In this document: positions 62,311-64,000 of the stretch, in pieces
Layout of the letters: every line of letters starts with the position of its first letter
Numbering within the stretch: the stretch's first letter is position 1
Origin: Lama glama
Lineage: Eukaryota
Length of the DNA: 64,000 bases
Assembly (NCBI GenBank): GCA_028534125.1
Contig: CM052817.1
Coordinates: 8,434,001 to 8,498,000, forward strand
Reading direction: 5' to 3'
The notes under the pieces: generated by a model
What the model saw: the letters and a program-made list of their open reading frames with translations, nothing else
Told to the model about the DNA's origin: nothing
Databases searched by the model: none
Made by a program: the position numbers and the translations under genes

Positions 62311-62954
62311 TTGTCCTTATAGGACACTCTTGGGTCTTTTTCTAAGAAAGGGCTGTTCAGTTCCCATTATGTACACGTAAACCCTCTATGCAACATGATT
62401 CTAAATGTAGCTTATTATAGAGATATCATATCTGTAGAGCTACTCCATCTTTTTGGAAATAATAACTCTTGCCAACCATAAGAGTTACACTCCTGAAAAG
62501 TGTTATTGTTGGTAAAGATTGTTGCTAGTGAAATCAAGATATAACAAAGAAAACAGGTTTAAGGGATAAACAATAAAATGACATTGCTTGGATTCTAAAA
62601 GCAAATAAATGTTACAGAGGACATGTAACTCCAAAACACAACTGATTTGTCAAGATTAAATTCTTGCTCTTCCCTTTATAGACATTGCTGTTATTACAGT
62701 CATAGATGAGAAAACTGGGTCTTAGAGAGGCAAAGTGTAAGTAACACTACTTGTTTCGCCTTCCTTCATGGCATCTATAAATAGTAGCTTCTGTTGAACA
62801 ATTAGAATCAAACCTTACTGGTAATTTTGTAATGAGCTTTCCAAGGAATCAGTGTTAGGATTGGTTGCTATTTTGTTAATACCATGACAGGACAGTCATA
62901 CTTCTAGAAGACATACAAGGTGCAAGAGCAGAATGAAAATCAATGTAGCATGTT

Positions 62955-63835
62955 CTATTTTTTTTAACATTTAATTTTGGCCTAATTTTAGACTTAGAGA
63001 AAAGTTGCAAAAATAGTACAAAGAGTTCTCTTATCAGGCTTCTCAAATGTTAAAAATGTTAACATCTTACATAACTATAGTGCAATTATCAAAACCAGGG
63101 AGTTAACATTGGTGCAAAATTATTAACTAAATTACAGACTTTTTTTTAAATTCACTAATTTTTCCAATATCATTCTTCTCTTTTTAGATCCAATTCAAGA
63201 TCCTACATTGCATTTAGCTGTTACATCTCCTTAACGGACTCTAATCTGTAACAGTTCCTCATTCTTTCCTTGTCTTTCATGACCTTGGCTCTTCTAAAGA
63301 GTAATGATGAATTATTTTGTAGAATGTCCCTCAGTGCGGATTTGTGCAATGTTTTCTTAACGTTGGAGTGGTTATGTTTTTGCCAAGAATGCCACAAAAA
63401 TTATGTGGTGTCCTCCATGCACGATATGAAGGGGTTCATGGTGTCACTATCTCTCATCATGGGTGATGGTTACCTTGATCACTTGGTTAACTTGGCATCT
63501 GGCAAGTTTTTCCACTGTAAAATTACTATTTTCTCTTTTGTTGTTGAAAAATATCTTGGATAAAATATTTTGAGATTATGCAAATCCTGTTTCTCCTTAA
63601 ACTCTCACCCTATAACTTGTGCAGCTTGTCTGTAATACTTTTTACTGTGTTGTTTGCCTACTGGTGATTCCACATTTCCCTTTTCCCTTCTAAATTTATT
63701 CATTGGAATTACACTGTGGGGAAGAGATAGCTCCTTATTTTATTTATTTAAAATTTGGTGTTATTACATCAGTAGAATTCATGGAGACTTATGCAATTCT
63801 ATGGGTTAAAATCTAACACTACCATTATTTATCTG
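62955..63835 (-). mobile_element. Old L1 (L1MC/MD type) 3' UTR
   Basis: taattttagacttagagaaaagttgcaaaaatagtac...gatcctacattgcatttag...ttttgtagaatgtccctc...ccttgatcacttggttaa. Confidence 0.85.
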
Positions 63836-64000
63836 TACAAGCACCACTCTTTACAGTTGCCTTGAGTGTATTGGAAAGAGAATGGAAAACGATGACTGGA
63901 GGTTGAGTTTAAGACCAAAGTCTAAGCTGAGCCTTGTCCTCCACTATACATCGAGATGTTTATATCAGCACATCCAAGTCTGCTTGTGGATACTAAGATA

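Noticed and set aside
1..64000. Prokaryote-type systems (CRISPR array, operon, defence island) or a novel gene cluster
   Set aside because: The sequence is mammalian, repeat-rich and non-coding; there are no repeat-spacer arrays, long ORFs or gene-dense structure.

Overview
Mammalian (eutherian) non-coding DNA, almost certainly camelid (alpaca/llama/camel): it carries a camelid-type tRNA-derived SINE and young artiodactyl-type L1 3' ends. I find no recognisable protein-coding exon, RNA gene or CpG-island promoter, so the window reads as intergenic or deep-intronic sequence. A large share is interspersed repeat: many MIR and L2 fragments, old and young L1 3' ends, MaLR/ERVL/ERV1/ERV2-type LTRs, an ERV-L remnant with integrase and dUTPase fragments, and hAT DNA-transposon relics. 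There is a 500-N assembly gap at 44474-44973. The ORF track contains only chance ORFs and L1/ERV-L remnants. I see no evidence for a new biological system. The points worth a second look are retrotransposition events (a probable L1 3' transduction, an ultra-short nested L1, recent insertions with TSDs, a solo LTR with a 6-bp TSD, a MER41-like LTR), some repeat-free motif-dense segments that could be conserved enhancers, a possible AmnSINE1 relic and a double hairpin carrying splice motifs. Repeat family names come from my recollection of consensus sequences, not from a search, and most boundaries are approximate.
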